Shown here piece by piece: positions 38,301-52,490 of a stretch of DNA of 60,000 bases (position 1 is the stretch's first letter; each line of letters begins with the position of its first letter). The DNA lies in the NCBI GenBank assembly GCA_964187785.1, contig OZ076409.1, positions 31,560,001-31,620,000 of the forward strand, given 5' to 3'. The notes below the pieces were generated by a model that was not told where the DNA came from, searched no databases, and saw nothing but the letters and a program-made list of their open reading frames with translations. Origin of the DNA: Amphiscolops sp. MND2022. Taxonomy: Eukaryota. The translations under genes and the position numbers were made by a program.

Positions 38301-41300
38301 TGTTAAGGTCTGGCGACATTGAGTTGAACCCAGGACCAGAAGTTATCTATAGGTTACTTACCCAAATTTTCACCAAGCAAAATAGAAAATTGAAATTCTT
38401 CAATATAAACTGTCAGAGCCTCAACAAAAAAAGGAGTCTTTCAAAGACATAATCCAAGACCTTGGATAAAATACTATGTATGGAATCACCGAAACATGGC
38501 TTTCTGAAGAAGATGATGAAAAACTCTGGGGAATTAACAATAGATTTAAATTTTTTAGATATGACCGAAATTCGAACGAAAAGAAAAAAGGTGGTGGAGT
38601 GATCTTAGCAGTTCCAAAGTCACTGAACCCGAAAAACGTCCGGATTTGAATCATATGAGCAAAAACATTTTTGAAAGTTTATGGATAGAATGCATATTGA
38701 CTAACTCGCTTCTGGAGAAGTCAAGGCAAATAATTAATATTAGTTATCATCCGCAAAAAAAGCATTACAATAGATTCCTCGAAGAATTGTCAACCAGCAT
38801 CGATTATGCCATTACTGAGAAAAAACCATTAGTGCTCATGGACGACTATATAAATTACTTCGACAAAAGAGAAAGAATGTTTGGAAACCATTCTAACACC
38901 GTACGGCCTCAATGTCTTGAATAAAGATCACGCTAGCAGAGTACAAAATCAATCAAGAACTCGCATTGACTACATCATTACGGATCTTTTGAAATCTGAA
39001 AATTTTGAGACCTTTGTATCAGATAGTGTCTTTCGTACTTCCAAAAATAAATCAATAGATCATCGGACAACGTCCGTCGTAAGTAACCTTTAGATCGAAA
39101 AACGTTGTAATGTGACAATCAAAGAGGTTTTTGACAAAAGTAATTATAAGAGAGGTGAATTTTGTCAAGAGATTCAAAGGAGTGATTGGTGTAGGTTCTA
39201 CCACCAGAAGAGTGCTGAAGAAATGTTCTACGTTTTTAATGGCATCTTGAAAAATGCGATGAGAAAATGTGTCTTTAAAAAAATCTTCATTCGTAATGAT
39301 AAGAATCTCTTGACTATACAAAATTTATTGGTTGAAAAAGAGTCCATCGAAATATACAATAAAACGAAACAGTTCATGCATCCAGATGATATCTCGTATA
39401 ATAAAATTCAACAGAATTTCGGTGAAAAAAATTAATGGAAATCGTTCCGCCCATAACGTCAACACGTTCAAAAATCTAAAGACAGAGCGAGAAAAACGTA
39501 ACTTCATCAATGAAGCGAGAAATTCCAAAAAAAGCAAAACTGACATCTCATCACTCAAAAACGTTTTTGGCGACATCTATACTGACTAAAATAAGATAGT
39601 CAATTTACTTAACTACCGTTTCTCAAGTTATCGGTCGTGTCTCTCTGATAATGATATCCCGTGTTTTTCTGGACCTATGACCGTGCGAGAACGACTGAAA
39701 CCCTTTCCTGGATTTATCAAATGCTTTTGACTCTATTTCACATGAAATTCTACTAGAAAAACTGAAGAAACTTCATTTCGATAAAAAAGCAGTGTCTTTA
39801 ATAGAATGTTTCCTGATTGGACGGACACAAAGAGTAGTAATATCATCATCGACATCCGATTGGATCAATTTATATCAAGAAGTTCCACAAGGTACTGTAA
39901 CCATGCGATAACGACTGAAACCCAATGCCCATAATAACAAATACCACGAATTACAATTAAAATGGAATGAGCTGAGCAAACTGATAAAACCGCTGAATCT
40001 GTTCAATCCGAAATGGCCTCTAGTTCTAACAAATGATTCGTCAACTTTTAGTATTTTTTGTATTAATAATCTTTCTTGCGACTCCAACATATGGCTTAAT
40101 GATACGCGAAACAAAGAGGTTAAAGTATTAGAACATTTATCGCCAGAAGAACACGAACATCAGACTCTTGCGACATGCTTGTGGAAAATATTATAACAAA
40201 ATCAAGTTGTTAAGGTCTGGCGACATTGAGTTGAACCCAGGACCAGAAGTTATCTATAGGTTACTTACCCAAATTTTCACCAAGCAAAATAGAAAATTGA
40301 AATTCTTCAATATAAACTGTCAGAGCCTCAACAAAAAAAGGAGTCTTTCAAAGACATAATTCAAGACCTTGGAGAAAATACTATCTATGGAATCACCGGA
40401 ACATAGCTTCCTGAAGATGTTGAAAAACTCTGGGAAATAAACAATAGATTTTATTTTTTTTTGATATGACCGAAATTCAAACGAAAAGAAGAAAGGTGGT
40501 GGAGTGATCTTAGCAGTTCCAAAGTCACTGCACCCGTAAAAACGTCCGGATTTGAATCAAATGAGCAAAAACATTTTTGAAAGTTTATAGATAGAATGCA
40601 AATTGACTAACTCGCTTTCGGAGAAGTCAAGGCAAATAATTAACATTAGTTATAATCCGCAAAAAAAGCATTACAATAGATTCCTCGAAGAATTGTCAAC
40701 CAGCATCGATTATGCCATTACTGAGAAAAAACCATTAGTGCTCATGGACGACTATATAAATTACTTCGACAAAAGAGAAAGAATGTTTGGAAACCATTCT
40801 AACACCGTACGGCCTCAATGTCTTGAATAAAGATCACGCTAGCAGAGTACAAAATCAATCAAGAACTCGCATTGACTACATCATTACGGATCTTTTGAAA
40901 TCTGAAAATTCTGAGACCTTTGTATCAGATAGTGTCTTTCGTACTTCCAAAAATAAATCAATAGATCATCGGACAACGTCCGTCGTAAGTAACCCTTAGA
41001 TCGAAAAACGTTGTAATGTTACAATCAAAGAGGTTTTTGACAAAAGTAATTATGAGAGGTGAATTTTGTCAAGAGATTCAAAGGAGTGATTGGTGTAGGT
41101 TCTACCACCAGAAGAGTGCTGAAGAAATGTTCTACGTTTTTAATGGCATCTTGAAAAATGCGATGAGAAAATGTGTCTTTAAAAAAAATCTTCGATCGTA
41201 ATGATAAGAATCTCTTGACTATACAAAATTTATTGGTTGAAAAAGAGTCCATCGAAATATACAATAAAACGAAACAGTTCATGCATCCAGATGATATCTC

Positions 41301-44300
41301 GTATAATAAAATTCAACAGAATTTCGGTGAAAAAAATTAATGGAAATCGTTCCGCCCATAACGTCAACACGTTCAAAAATCTGAAGACAGAGCGAGAAAA
41401 ACGGAACTTCATCAATGAAGCGAGAAATTCCAAAAAAAAGCAAAACTGACATCTCATCACTCAAAAACGTTTTTGGCGACATCTATACTGACTAAAATAA
41501 GATAGTCAATTTACTTAACTACCGTTTCTCAAGTTATCGGTCGTGTCTCTCTGATAATGATATCCCGTGTTTTTCTGGACCTATGACCGTGCGAGAACGA
41601 CTGAAACCCAATGCCCATAATAACAAATACCACGAAATACAATTAAAATGGAATGAGCTGAGCAAACTGATAAAACCGCTGAATCTGTTCAATCCGAAAT
41701 GGCTTCGAGTTCTAACAATTGATTCGTCAACTTTTAGTATTCTTTGTATTAATAATCTTTCTTGCGACTCCAACATATGGCTTAATGAAACGCGAAACAA
41801 AGAGGTTAAAGTATTAGAACATTTATCGCCAGAAGAACACGAACATCAGACTCTTGCGACATGCTTGTGGAAAATATTATAACAAAATCAAGTTGTTAAG
41901 GTCTGGCGACATTGAGTTGAACCCAGGACCAGAAGTTATCTATAGGTTACTTACCCAAATTTTCACCAAGCAAAATAGAAAATTGAAATTCTTCAATATA
42001 AACTGTCAGAGCCTCAACAAAAAAAGGAGTCTTTCAAAGACATAATTCAAGACCTTGGAGAAAATACTATCTATGGAATCACTGGAACATAGCTTCCTGA
42101 AGATGTTGAAAAACTCTGGGAAATAAACAATAGATTTTATTTTTTTTGATATGACCGAAATTCAAACGAAAAGAAGAAAGGTGGTGGAGTGATCTTAGCA
42201 GTTCCAAAGTCACTGCACCCGTAAAAACGTCCGGATTTGAATCAAATGAGCAAAAACATTTTTGAAAGTTTATAGATAGAATGCAAATTGACTAACTCGC
42301 TTTCGGAGAAGTCAAGGCAAATAATTAACATTAGTTATAATCCGCAAAAAAAAGCATTACAATAGATTCCTCGAAGAATTGTCAACCAGCATCGATTATG
42401 CCATTACTGAGAAAAAACCATTAGTGCTCATGGACGACTATATAAATTACTTCGACAAAAGAGAAAGAATGTTTGGAAACCATTCTAACACCGTACGGCC
42501 TCAATGTCTTGAATAAAGATCACGCTAGCAGAGTACAAAATCAATCAAGAACTCGCATTGACTACATCATTACGGATCTTTTGAAATCTGAAAATTTTGA
42601 GACCTTTGTATCAGATAGTGTCTTTCGTACTTCCAAAAATAAATCAATAGATCATCGGACAACGTCCGTCGTAAGTAACCTTTAGATCGAAAAACGTTGT
42701 AATGTGACAATCAAAGAGGTTTTTGACAAAAGTAATTATAAGAGAGGTGAATTTTGTCAAGAGATTCAAAGGAGTGATTGGTGTAGGTTCTACCACCAGA
42801 AGAGTGCTGAAGAAATGTTCTACGTTTTTAATGGCATCTTGAAAAATGCGATGAGAAAATGTGTCTTTAAAAAAATCTTCATTCGTAATGATAAGAATCT
42901 CTTGACTATACAAAATTTATTGGTTGAAAAAGAGTCCATCGAAATATACAATAAAACGAAACAGTTCATGCATCCAGATGATATCTCGTATAATAAAATT
43001 CAACAGAATTTCGGTGAAAAAAATTAATGGAAATCGTTCCGCCCATAACGTCAACACGTTCAAAAATCTAAAGACAGAGCGAGAAAAACGTAACTTCATC
43101 AATGAAGCGAGAAATTCCAAAAAAAGCAAAACTGACATCTCATCACTCAAAAACGTTTTTGGCGACATCTATACTGACTAAAATGAGATAGTCAATTTAC
43201 TTAACTACCGTTTCTCAAGTTATCGGTCGTGTCTCTCTGATAATGATATCCCGTGTTTTTCTGGACCTATGACCGTGCGAGAACGACTGAAACCCAATGC
43301 CCATAATAACAAATACCACGAAATACAATTAAAATGGAATGAGCTGAGCAAACTGATAAAACCGCTGAATCTCTTCAATCCGAAATGGCTTCGAGTTCTA
43401 ACAATTGATTCGTCAACTTTTAGTATTCTTTGTATTAATAATCTTTCTTGCGACTCCAACATATGGCTTAATGAAACGCGAAACAAAGAGGTTAAAGTAT
43501 TAGAACATTTATCGCCAGAAGAACACGAACATCAGACTCTTGCGACATGCTTGTGGAAAATATTATAACAAAATCAAGTTGTTAAGGTCTGGCGACATTG
43601 AGTTGAACCCAGGACCAGAAGTTATCTATAGGTTACTCACCCAAATTTTCACCAAGCAAAATAGAAAATTGAAATTCTTCAATATAAACTGTCAGAGCCT
43701 CAACAAAAAAAGGAGTCTTTCAAAGACATAATTCAAGACCTTGGAGAAAATACTATCTATGGAATCACCGGAACATAGCTTCCTGAAGATGTTGAAAAAC
43801 TCTGGGAAATAAACAATAGATTTTATTTTTTTTTGATATGACCGAAATTCAAAAGAAAAGAAGAAAGGTGGTGGAGTGATCTTAGCAGTTCCAAAGTCAC
43901 TGCACCCGTAAAAACGTCCGGATTTGAATCAAATGAGCAAAAACATTTTTGAATGTTTAAAGATAGAATGCAAATTGACTAACTCGCTTTCGGAGAAGTC
44001 AAGGCAAATAATTAACATTAGTTATAATCCGCAAAAAAAAGCATTACAATAGATTCCTCGAAGAATTGTCAACCAGCATCGATTATGCCATTACTGAGAA
44101 AAAACCATTAGTGCTCATGGACGACTATATAAATTACTTCGACAAAAGAGAAAGAATGTTTGGAAACCATTCTAACACCGTACCGCCTCAATGTCTTGAA
44201 TAAAGATCACGCTAGCAGAGTACAAAATCAATCAAGAACTCGCATTGACTACATCATTACGGATCTTTTGAAATCTGAAAATTCTGAGACCTTTGTATCA

Positions 44301-47300
44301 GATAGTGTCTTTCGTACTTCCAAAAATAAATCAATAGATCATCGGACAACGTCCGTCGTAAGTAACCTTTAGATCGAAAAACGTTGTAATGTGACAATCA
44401 AAGAGGTTTTTGACGAAAGTAATTATAAGAGAGGTGAATTTTGTCAAGAGATTCAAAGGAGTGATTGGTGTAGGTTCTACCACCAGAAGAGTGCTGAAGA
44501 AATGTTCTACGTTTTTAATGGCATCTTGAAAAATGCGATGAGAAAATGTGTCTTTAAAAAAATCTTCATTCGTAATGATAAGAATCTCTTGACTATACAA
44601 AATTTATTGGTTGAAAAAGAGTCCATCGAAATATACAATAAAACGAAACAGTTCATGCATCCAGATGATATCTCGTATAATAAAATTCAACAGAATTTCG
44701 GTGAAAAAAATTAATGGAAATCGTTCCGCCCATAACGTCAACACGTTCAAAAATCTAAAGACAGAGCGAGAAAAACGTAACTTCATCAATGAAGCGAGAA
44801 ATTTCAAAAAAAGCAAAACTGACATCTCATCACTCAAAAACGTTTTTGGCGACATCTATACTGACCAAAATAAGATTTACTTAACTACCGTTTCTCAAGT
44901 TATCGGTCGTGTCTCTCTGATAATGATATCCCATGTTCTTCTGGACCTATAACCATGCGAGAACGACTGAAACCCATTGCCCATAATAACAAATACCACG
45001 AATTACAATTAAAATGGAATGAGCTGAGCCAACTGATAGAACCGCTAAATCTGTTCAATCCGAAATGGCTTCTAGTTCTAACAAATGATTCGTCAACTTT
45101 TTGTATTCTTTGTATTAATAATCTTTCTTGCGACTCCAACATATGGCTTAATGAAACGTGAAACAAAGAGGTTAAAGTACCAGAACATGTATCGCCAGAA
45201 GAACACGAACATCAGACTCTTGTGACATACTTGTGGAAAATATTATAACAAAATCAAGTTGTTACGGTCAATATACTTAACTACCGTTTCTCAAAACTTG
45301 GTGACTACTTAGGTTAAAGCAAATTCCGTATAGAAGTAACAAGGAAATTGCCATGAGGAAGAGTCTGATGTTCGAATTTGAACCCATCAGCATCTACACT
45401 TGTAAAAAATTTCTAAAAGAACTAGACCCTTGTAAACCTTTAGGGCCGTCCGAAATACCAGCTTGGGCTCTTAAAGATTCTATCAGCACGATTGTCGAAC
45501 CACTGTGCTTTTTGATAAATGCTTTCTTGGATGAAGGTAGGTTCCCCAGTGAATGCAAAAGAGCTGATGTTTGCCCGGTTTTCAAAAAAGGTGATACTGA
45601 AGATCCATCTAATTACAGACCCATATCTATAACGCCTGCAATATCGAAAATGTTCGAGAAAGTAATTAGAGAACAAATAATGGAATATTTAAATAAAAAC
45701 AAACTTCTTAGCCAAGTACAATTTGGCTTCCGAAAAAATTTTTCTGCAACTGACGCACTAGTTTATGCTACGGAAAAAATAAGGAAAGAAATCGATTGCA
45801 ATCAAATTGTTACAGCTGCTTTCCTGGATTTATCAAATGCTTTTGACTCTATTTCACATGAAATTCTACTAGAAAAACTGAAGAAACTTCATTTCGATAA
45901 AAAAGCAGTGTCTTTAATAGAATGTTTCCTGATTGGACGGACACAAAGAGTAGTAATATCAACATCGACATCCGATTGGATCAATTTATATCAAGAAGTT
46001 CCACAAGGTACTGTAACCATGCGATAACGACTGAAACCCAATGCCCATAATAACAAATACCACGAATTACAATTAAAATGGAATGAGCTGAGCCAACTGA
46101 TAGAACCGCTAAATCTGTTCAATCCGAAATGGCTTCTAGTTCTAACAAATGATTCGTCAACTTTTTGTATTCTTTGTATTAATAATCTTTCTTGCGACTC
46201 CAACATATGGCTTAATGAAACGTGAAACAAAGAGGTTAAAGTACCAGAACATGTATCGCCAGAAGAACACGAACATCAGACTCTTGTGACATACTTGTGG
46301 AAAATATTATAACAAAATCAAGTTGTTACGGTCAATATACTTAACTACCGTTTCTCAAAACTTGGTGACTACTTAGGTTAAAGCAAATTCCGTATAGAAG
46401 TAACAAGGAAATTGCCATGAGGAAGAGTCTGATGTTCGAATTTGAACCCATCAGCATCTACACTTGTAAAAAATTTCTAAAAGAACTAGACCCTTGTAAA
46501 CCTTTAGGGCCGTCCGAAATACCAGCTTGGGCTCTTAAAGATTCTATCAGCACGATTGTCGAACCACTGTGCTTTTTGATAAATGCTTTCTTGGATGAAG
46601 GTAGGTTCCCCAGTGAATGCAAAAGAGCTGATGTTTGCCCGGTTTTCAAAAAAGGTGATACTGAAGATCCATCTAATTACAGACCCATATCTATAACGCC
46701 TGCAATATCGAAAATGTTCGAGAAAGTAATTAGAGAACAAATAATGGAATATTTAAATAAAAACAAACTTCTTAGCCAAGTACAATTTGGCTTCCGAAAA
46801 AATTTTTCTGCAACTGACGCACTAGTTTATGCTACGGAAAAAATAAGGAAAGAAATCGATTGCAATCAAATTGTTACAGCTGCTTTCCTGGATTTATCAA
46901 ATGCTTTTGACTCTATTTCACATGAAATTCTACTAGAAAAACTGAAGAAACTTCATTTCGATAAAAAAGCAGTGTCTTTAATAGAATGTTTCCTGATTGG
47001 ACGGACACAAAGAGTAGTAATATCAACATCGACATCCGATTGGATCAATTTATATCAAGAAGTTCCACAAGGTACTGTAACCATGCGATAACGACTGAAA
47101 CCCAATGCCCATAATAACAAATACCACGAATTACAATTAAAATGGAATGAGCTGAGCAAACTGATAAAACCGCTGAATCTGTTCAATCCGAAATGGCCTC
47201 TAGTTCTAACAAATGATTCGTCAACTTTTAGTATTTTTTGTATTAATAATCTTTCTTGCGACTCCAACATATGGCTTAATGAAACGTGAAACAAAGAGGT

Positions 47301-50300
47301 TAAAGTATCAGAACATTTATCGCCAGAAGAACACGAACATCAGACTCTTGCGACATACTTGTGGAAAATATTATAACAAAATCAAGTTGTTAAGGTCTGG
47401 CGACATTGAGTTGAACCCAGGACCAGAAGTTATCTATTAGTTACTTACCCAAATTTTCACCAAGCTAAATAGAAAATTGAAATTCTTCAATATAAACTGT
47501 CAGAGCCTCAACAAAAAAGGAGTCTTTCAAAGACATAATCCAAGACCTTGGAGGAAATACTATGTATGGAATCACCGAAACATGGCTTTCTGAAGAAGAT
47601 GATGAAAAACTCTGGGAAATAAACAATAGATTTAAAGTTTTTAGATATTATCGAAATTCAAACGAAAAGAAGAAAGGCGGTGGAGTGATCTTAGCAGTTC
47701 CAAAGTCACTGCACCCGAAAAAACGTCCGAATTGGAATCAAATGAGCAAAAACATTTTTGAAAGTTTATAGATAGAATGCAAATTGACTAACTCGCTTTC
47801 GGAGATGTCAAGGCAAATAGTTAACATTAGTTATAATCCGCATAAAAAGCATTACAATAGATTCCTCGAAGAATTGTCAACCAGCATCGATTATGCCATT
47901 ACCCGAGAAAAAACCATTAGTGCTCATGGGCGACTATATAAATTACTTCGACAAAAGAGAATGGGAATGTTTGGAAACCATTCTAACACCGTACGGCCTC
48001 AATGTCATGAGTAAAGATCACGCGAGCAGAGTACAAAATCAATCAAGAACACGCATTGACTACATCATTACGGATCTTTTGAAATCTGAAAATTTTGAGA
48101 CCTTTGTATCAGATAGTGTCTTTCGTACTTCCAAAAATAAATCAATAGATCATCGGGCAACGTCCGTCGTAAGTAACCTTTAGATCGAAAAACGTTGTAA
48201 TGTGACAATCAAAGAGGTTTTTGACAAAAGTAATTATAAGAGAGATGAATTTTGTCAAGAGATTCAAACGAGTGATTGGTGTAGGTTCTACTGCCAGAAG
48301 AGTGCTGAAAAAATGTTCTACGTTTTTAATGGCATCTTGAAAAATGCGATGAGAAAATGTGTCTTTAAAAAAATCTTCATTCGTAATGATAAGAATCTCT
48401 TGACTATACAAAATTTATTGGTTGAAAAAGAGTCCATCGAAATATTCAATAAAACGAAACAGTTCATGCATCCAGATGATATCTCGTATAATAAAATTCA
48501 ACAGAATTTCGGTGAAAAAAATTAATGAAAATCGTTCCGCCCATAACGTCAACACGTTCAAGAATATGGAGACAGAGCGAGAAAAACGGAACTTCATCAC
48601 TGAAGCGAGAAATTCCAAAAAAAGCAAAACTGAAATCTCATCACTCAAAAACGTTTTTGGCGACATCTATACTGACCAAAAGTCAATGTACTTAACTACC
48701 GTTTCTCAAGTTATCGGTCGTGTCTCTCTAATGATATCCCATGTTCTTCAGGACCTATAACCATGCGAGAACGACTGAAACCCAATGCCCATAATAACAA
48801 ATACCACGAATTACAATTAAAATCGAATGAGCTGAGCAAACTGATAGAACCGCTAAATCTGTTCAATCCGAAATGGCTTCTAGTTCTAACAAATGATTCG
48901 TCAACTTTCAGTATTCTTTGTATTAATAATCTTTCTTGCGACTCCAACATATGGCTTAATGAAACGTGAAACAAAGAGGTTAAAGTACCAGAACATGTAT
49001 CGCCAGAAGAACACGAACATCAGACTCTTGTGACATACTTGTGGAAAATATTATAACAAAATCAAGTTGTTACGGTCAATTTACTTAACTACCGTTTCTC
49101 AAAACTTGGTGACTACTTAGGTTAAAGCAAATTCCGTATAGAAGTAGCAAGGAAATTGCCATAAGCAAGAGTCTGATGTTCGAATTTGAACCCATCAGCA
49201 TCTACACTTGTAAAAAAAATTTCTAAAAGAACTAGACCCTTGTAAACCTTTAGGGCCGTCCGAAATACCAGCTTGGGCTCTTAAAGATTCTATCAGCACG
49301 ATTGCCGAACCACTGTGCTTTTTGATAAATGCTTTCTTGGATGAAGGTAGGTTCCCCAGTGAATGCAAAAGAGCTGATGTTTGCCCGGTTTTCAAAGGTG
49401 ATACTGAAGATCCATCTAATTACAGACCCATATCTATAACGCCTGAAATATCGAAAATGTTCGAGAAAGTAAATAGAGAACAAATGATGGAATATTTAAA
49501 TAAAAACAAACTTCTTAGCCAAGTACAATTTGGCTTCCGAAAAAACTTTTCTGCAACTGACGCACTAGTTTATGCTACGGAAAAAATAAGGAAAGAAATC
49601 GATTGCAATCAAATTGTTACAGCTGCTTTCCTGGATTCATCAAATGCTTTTGACTCTATTTCACATTAAATTCTACTAGAAAAACTGAAGGAACTTCATT
49701 TCGATAAAAAAGCAGTGTCTTTAATAGAAAGTTTCCTGATTGGACGGACACAAAGAGTAGTAATATCAACATCGACATCCGATTGGATCAATTTATATCA
49801 AGAAGTTCCACAAGGTACTGTAACCATGCGATAACGACTGAAACCCAATGCCCATAATAACAAATACCACGAATTACAATTAAAATGGAATGAGCTGAGC
49901 AAACTGATAAAACCGCTAAATCTGTTCAATCCGAAATGGCTTCTCGTTCTAACAAATGATTCGTCAACTTTTAGTATTCTTTGTATTAATAATCTTTCTT
50001 GCGACTCCAACATATGGCTTAATGAAACGTGAAACAAAGAGGTTAAAGTATTAGAACATTTATCGCCAGAAGAACACGAACATCAGACTCTTGCGACATA
50101 CTTGTGGAAAATATTATAACAAAATCAAGTTGTTAATGTCTGGCGACATTGAGCTGAACCCAGGACCAGAAGTTATCTATAAGTTACTTACCCAAATTTT
50201 CACCAAGCAAAATAGTAAATTGAAATTCTTCAATATAAACTGTCAGAGCCTCAACAAAAAGAGGAGTCTTTCAAAGACATAATCCAAGACCTTGGAGGAA

Positions 50301-52490
50301 ATACTATGTATGGAATCACCGAAACATGGCTTTCTGAAGAAGATGATGAAAAACTCTGGGAAATAAACAATAGATTTAAATTTTTTAGATATGACCGAAA
50401 TTCAAACGAAAAGAAGAAAGGCGGTGGAGTGATCTTAGCAGTTCCAAAGTCACTGCACCCGAAAAAACGTCCGGATTTGAATCAAATGAGCAAAAACATT
50501 TTTGAAAGTTTATAGATAGAATGCAAATTGACTAACTCGCTTTCGGAGAAGTCAAGGCAAATAATTAACATTAGTTATAATCCGCAAAAAAAAGCAATAC
50601 AATAGATTCCTCGAAGAATTGTCAACCAGCATCGATTATGCCATTACTGAGAAAAAACCATTAGTGCTCATGGGCGACTATATAAATTACTTCGACAAAA
50701 GAGAAAGAGAATGTTTGGAAACCATTCTAACACCGTACGGCCTCAATGTCATGAATAAAGATCACGCGAGCAGAGTACAAAATCAATTAAGAACACGCAT
50801 TGACTACATCATTACGGATCATTTGAAATCTGAAAATTTTGAGACCTTTGTATCAGATAGTGTCTTTCGTACTTCCAAAAATAAATCAATAGATCATCGG
50901 GCAACGTCCGTCGTAAGTAACCTTTAGATCGAAAAACGTTGTAATGTGACAATCAAAGAGGTTTTTGACAAAAGTAATTATAAAAGAGATGAATTTTGTC
51001 AAGAGATTCAAACGAGTGATTGGTGTAGGTTCTACCGCCAGAAGAGTGCTGAAGAAATGTTCTACGTTTTTAATGGCATCTTGAAAAATGCGATGAGAAA
51101 ATGTGTCTTTAAAAAAATCTTCATTCGTAATGATAACAATCTCTTCACTATACAAAATTTATTGGTTGAAAAAGAGTCCATCGAAATATTCAATAAAACG
51201 AAACAGTTCATGCATCCAGATGATATCTCGTATAATAAAATTCAACAGAATTTTGGTGAAAAAAATGAAGCGAGAAATTCCAAAAAAAGCAAAACTGAAA
51301 TCTCATCACTCAAAAACGTTTTTGGCGACATCTATACTGACCAAAAGTCAATGTACCTAACTACCGTTTCTCAAGTTATCGGTCGTGTCTCTCTAATGAT
51401 ATCCCATGTTCTTCAGGACCTATAACCATGCGAGAACGACTGAAACCCAATGCCCATAATAACAAATACCACGAATTACAATTAAAATCGAATGAGCTGA
51501 GCAAACTGATAGAACCGCTAAATCTGTTCAATCCGAAATGGCTTCTAGTTCTAACAAATGATTCGTCAACTTTCAGTATTCTTTGTATTAATAATCTTTC
51601 TTGCGACTCCAACATATGGCTTAATGAAACGTGAAACAAAGAGGTTAAAGTACCAGAACATGTATCGCCAGAAGAACACGAACATCAGACTCTTGTGACA
51701 TACTTGTGGAAAATATTATAACAAAATCAAGTTGTTACGGTCAATTTACTTAACTATCGTTTCTCAAAACTTGGTGACTACTTAGGTTAAAGCAAATTCC
51801 GTATAGAAGTAACAAGGAAATTGCCATGAGCAAGAGTCTGATGTTCGAATTTGAACCCATCAGCATCTACACTTGTAAAAATTTCTAAAAGAACTAGACC
51901 CTTGTAAACCTTTAGGGCCGTCCGAAATACCAGCTTCGGCTCTTAAAGATTCTATCAGCACGATTGCCGAACCACTGTGCTTTTTGATAAATGCTTTCTT
52001 GGATGAAGGTAGGTTCCCCAGTGAATGCAAAAGAGCTGATGTTTGCCCGGTTTTCAAAAAAGGTGATACTGAAGATCCATCTAATTACAGACCCATATCT
52101 ATAACGCCTGCAATATCGAAAATGTTCGAGAAAGTAATTAGAGAACAAATAATGGAATATTTAAATAAAAACAAACTTCTTAGCCAAGTACATTTTGGCT
52201 TCCGAAAAAACTTTTCTGCAACTGACGCACTAGTTTATGCTACGGAAAAAATAAAGAAAGAAATCGATTGCAATCAAATTGTTACAGCTGCTTTCCTGGA
52301 TTTATCAAATGCTTTTGACTCTATTTCACATGAAATTCTACTAGAAAAACTGAAGGAACTTCATTTCGATAAAAAAGCAGTGTCTTTAATAGAAAGTTTC
52401 CTGATTGGACGGACACAAAGAGTAGTAATATCAACATCGACATCCAATTGGATCAATTTATATCAAGAAGTTCCACAAGGTTCTGTACTC
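29060..52490 (+). repeat. LINE-derived tandem macro-array (11 endonuclease units of ~1.55-1.69 kb; 4 long and 3 short RT segments)
   Basis: SGDI(E/K)LNPGP..NCQSL..ITETW..GGGV..IDY..DH occurs 11 times. RT N-half at ~45265, 46329, 49073, 51738; ~197-bp RT pieces at 32516, 37796, 39703. Confidence 0.95.
29251..29463 (+). other. ORF2 leader: hydrophobic N-terminus, basic peptide and 2A-like StopGo motif
   Basis: MI(R/C)QLLVFFVLI(I/F)FLATPTYG...KIKLLMSGDIELNPGP; the motif fits D(V/I)ExNPGP. Confidence 0.7.

Noticed and set aside
30246..52148. Many repeated minus-strand ORFs in the array
   Set aside because: They are antisense shadows of LINE coding sequence, recurring only because the DNA is repeated.
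29060..52490. Head-to-tail telomeric or site-specific retrotransposon array
   Set aside because: Units are internal fragments without 3' UTRs or tails; only one 5' end and one 3' end exist.
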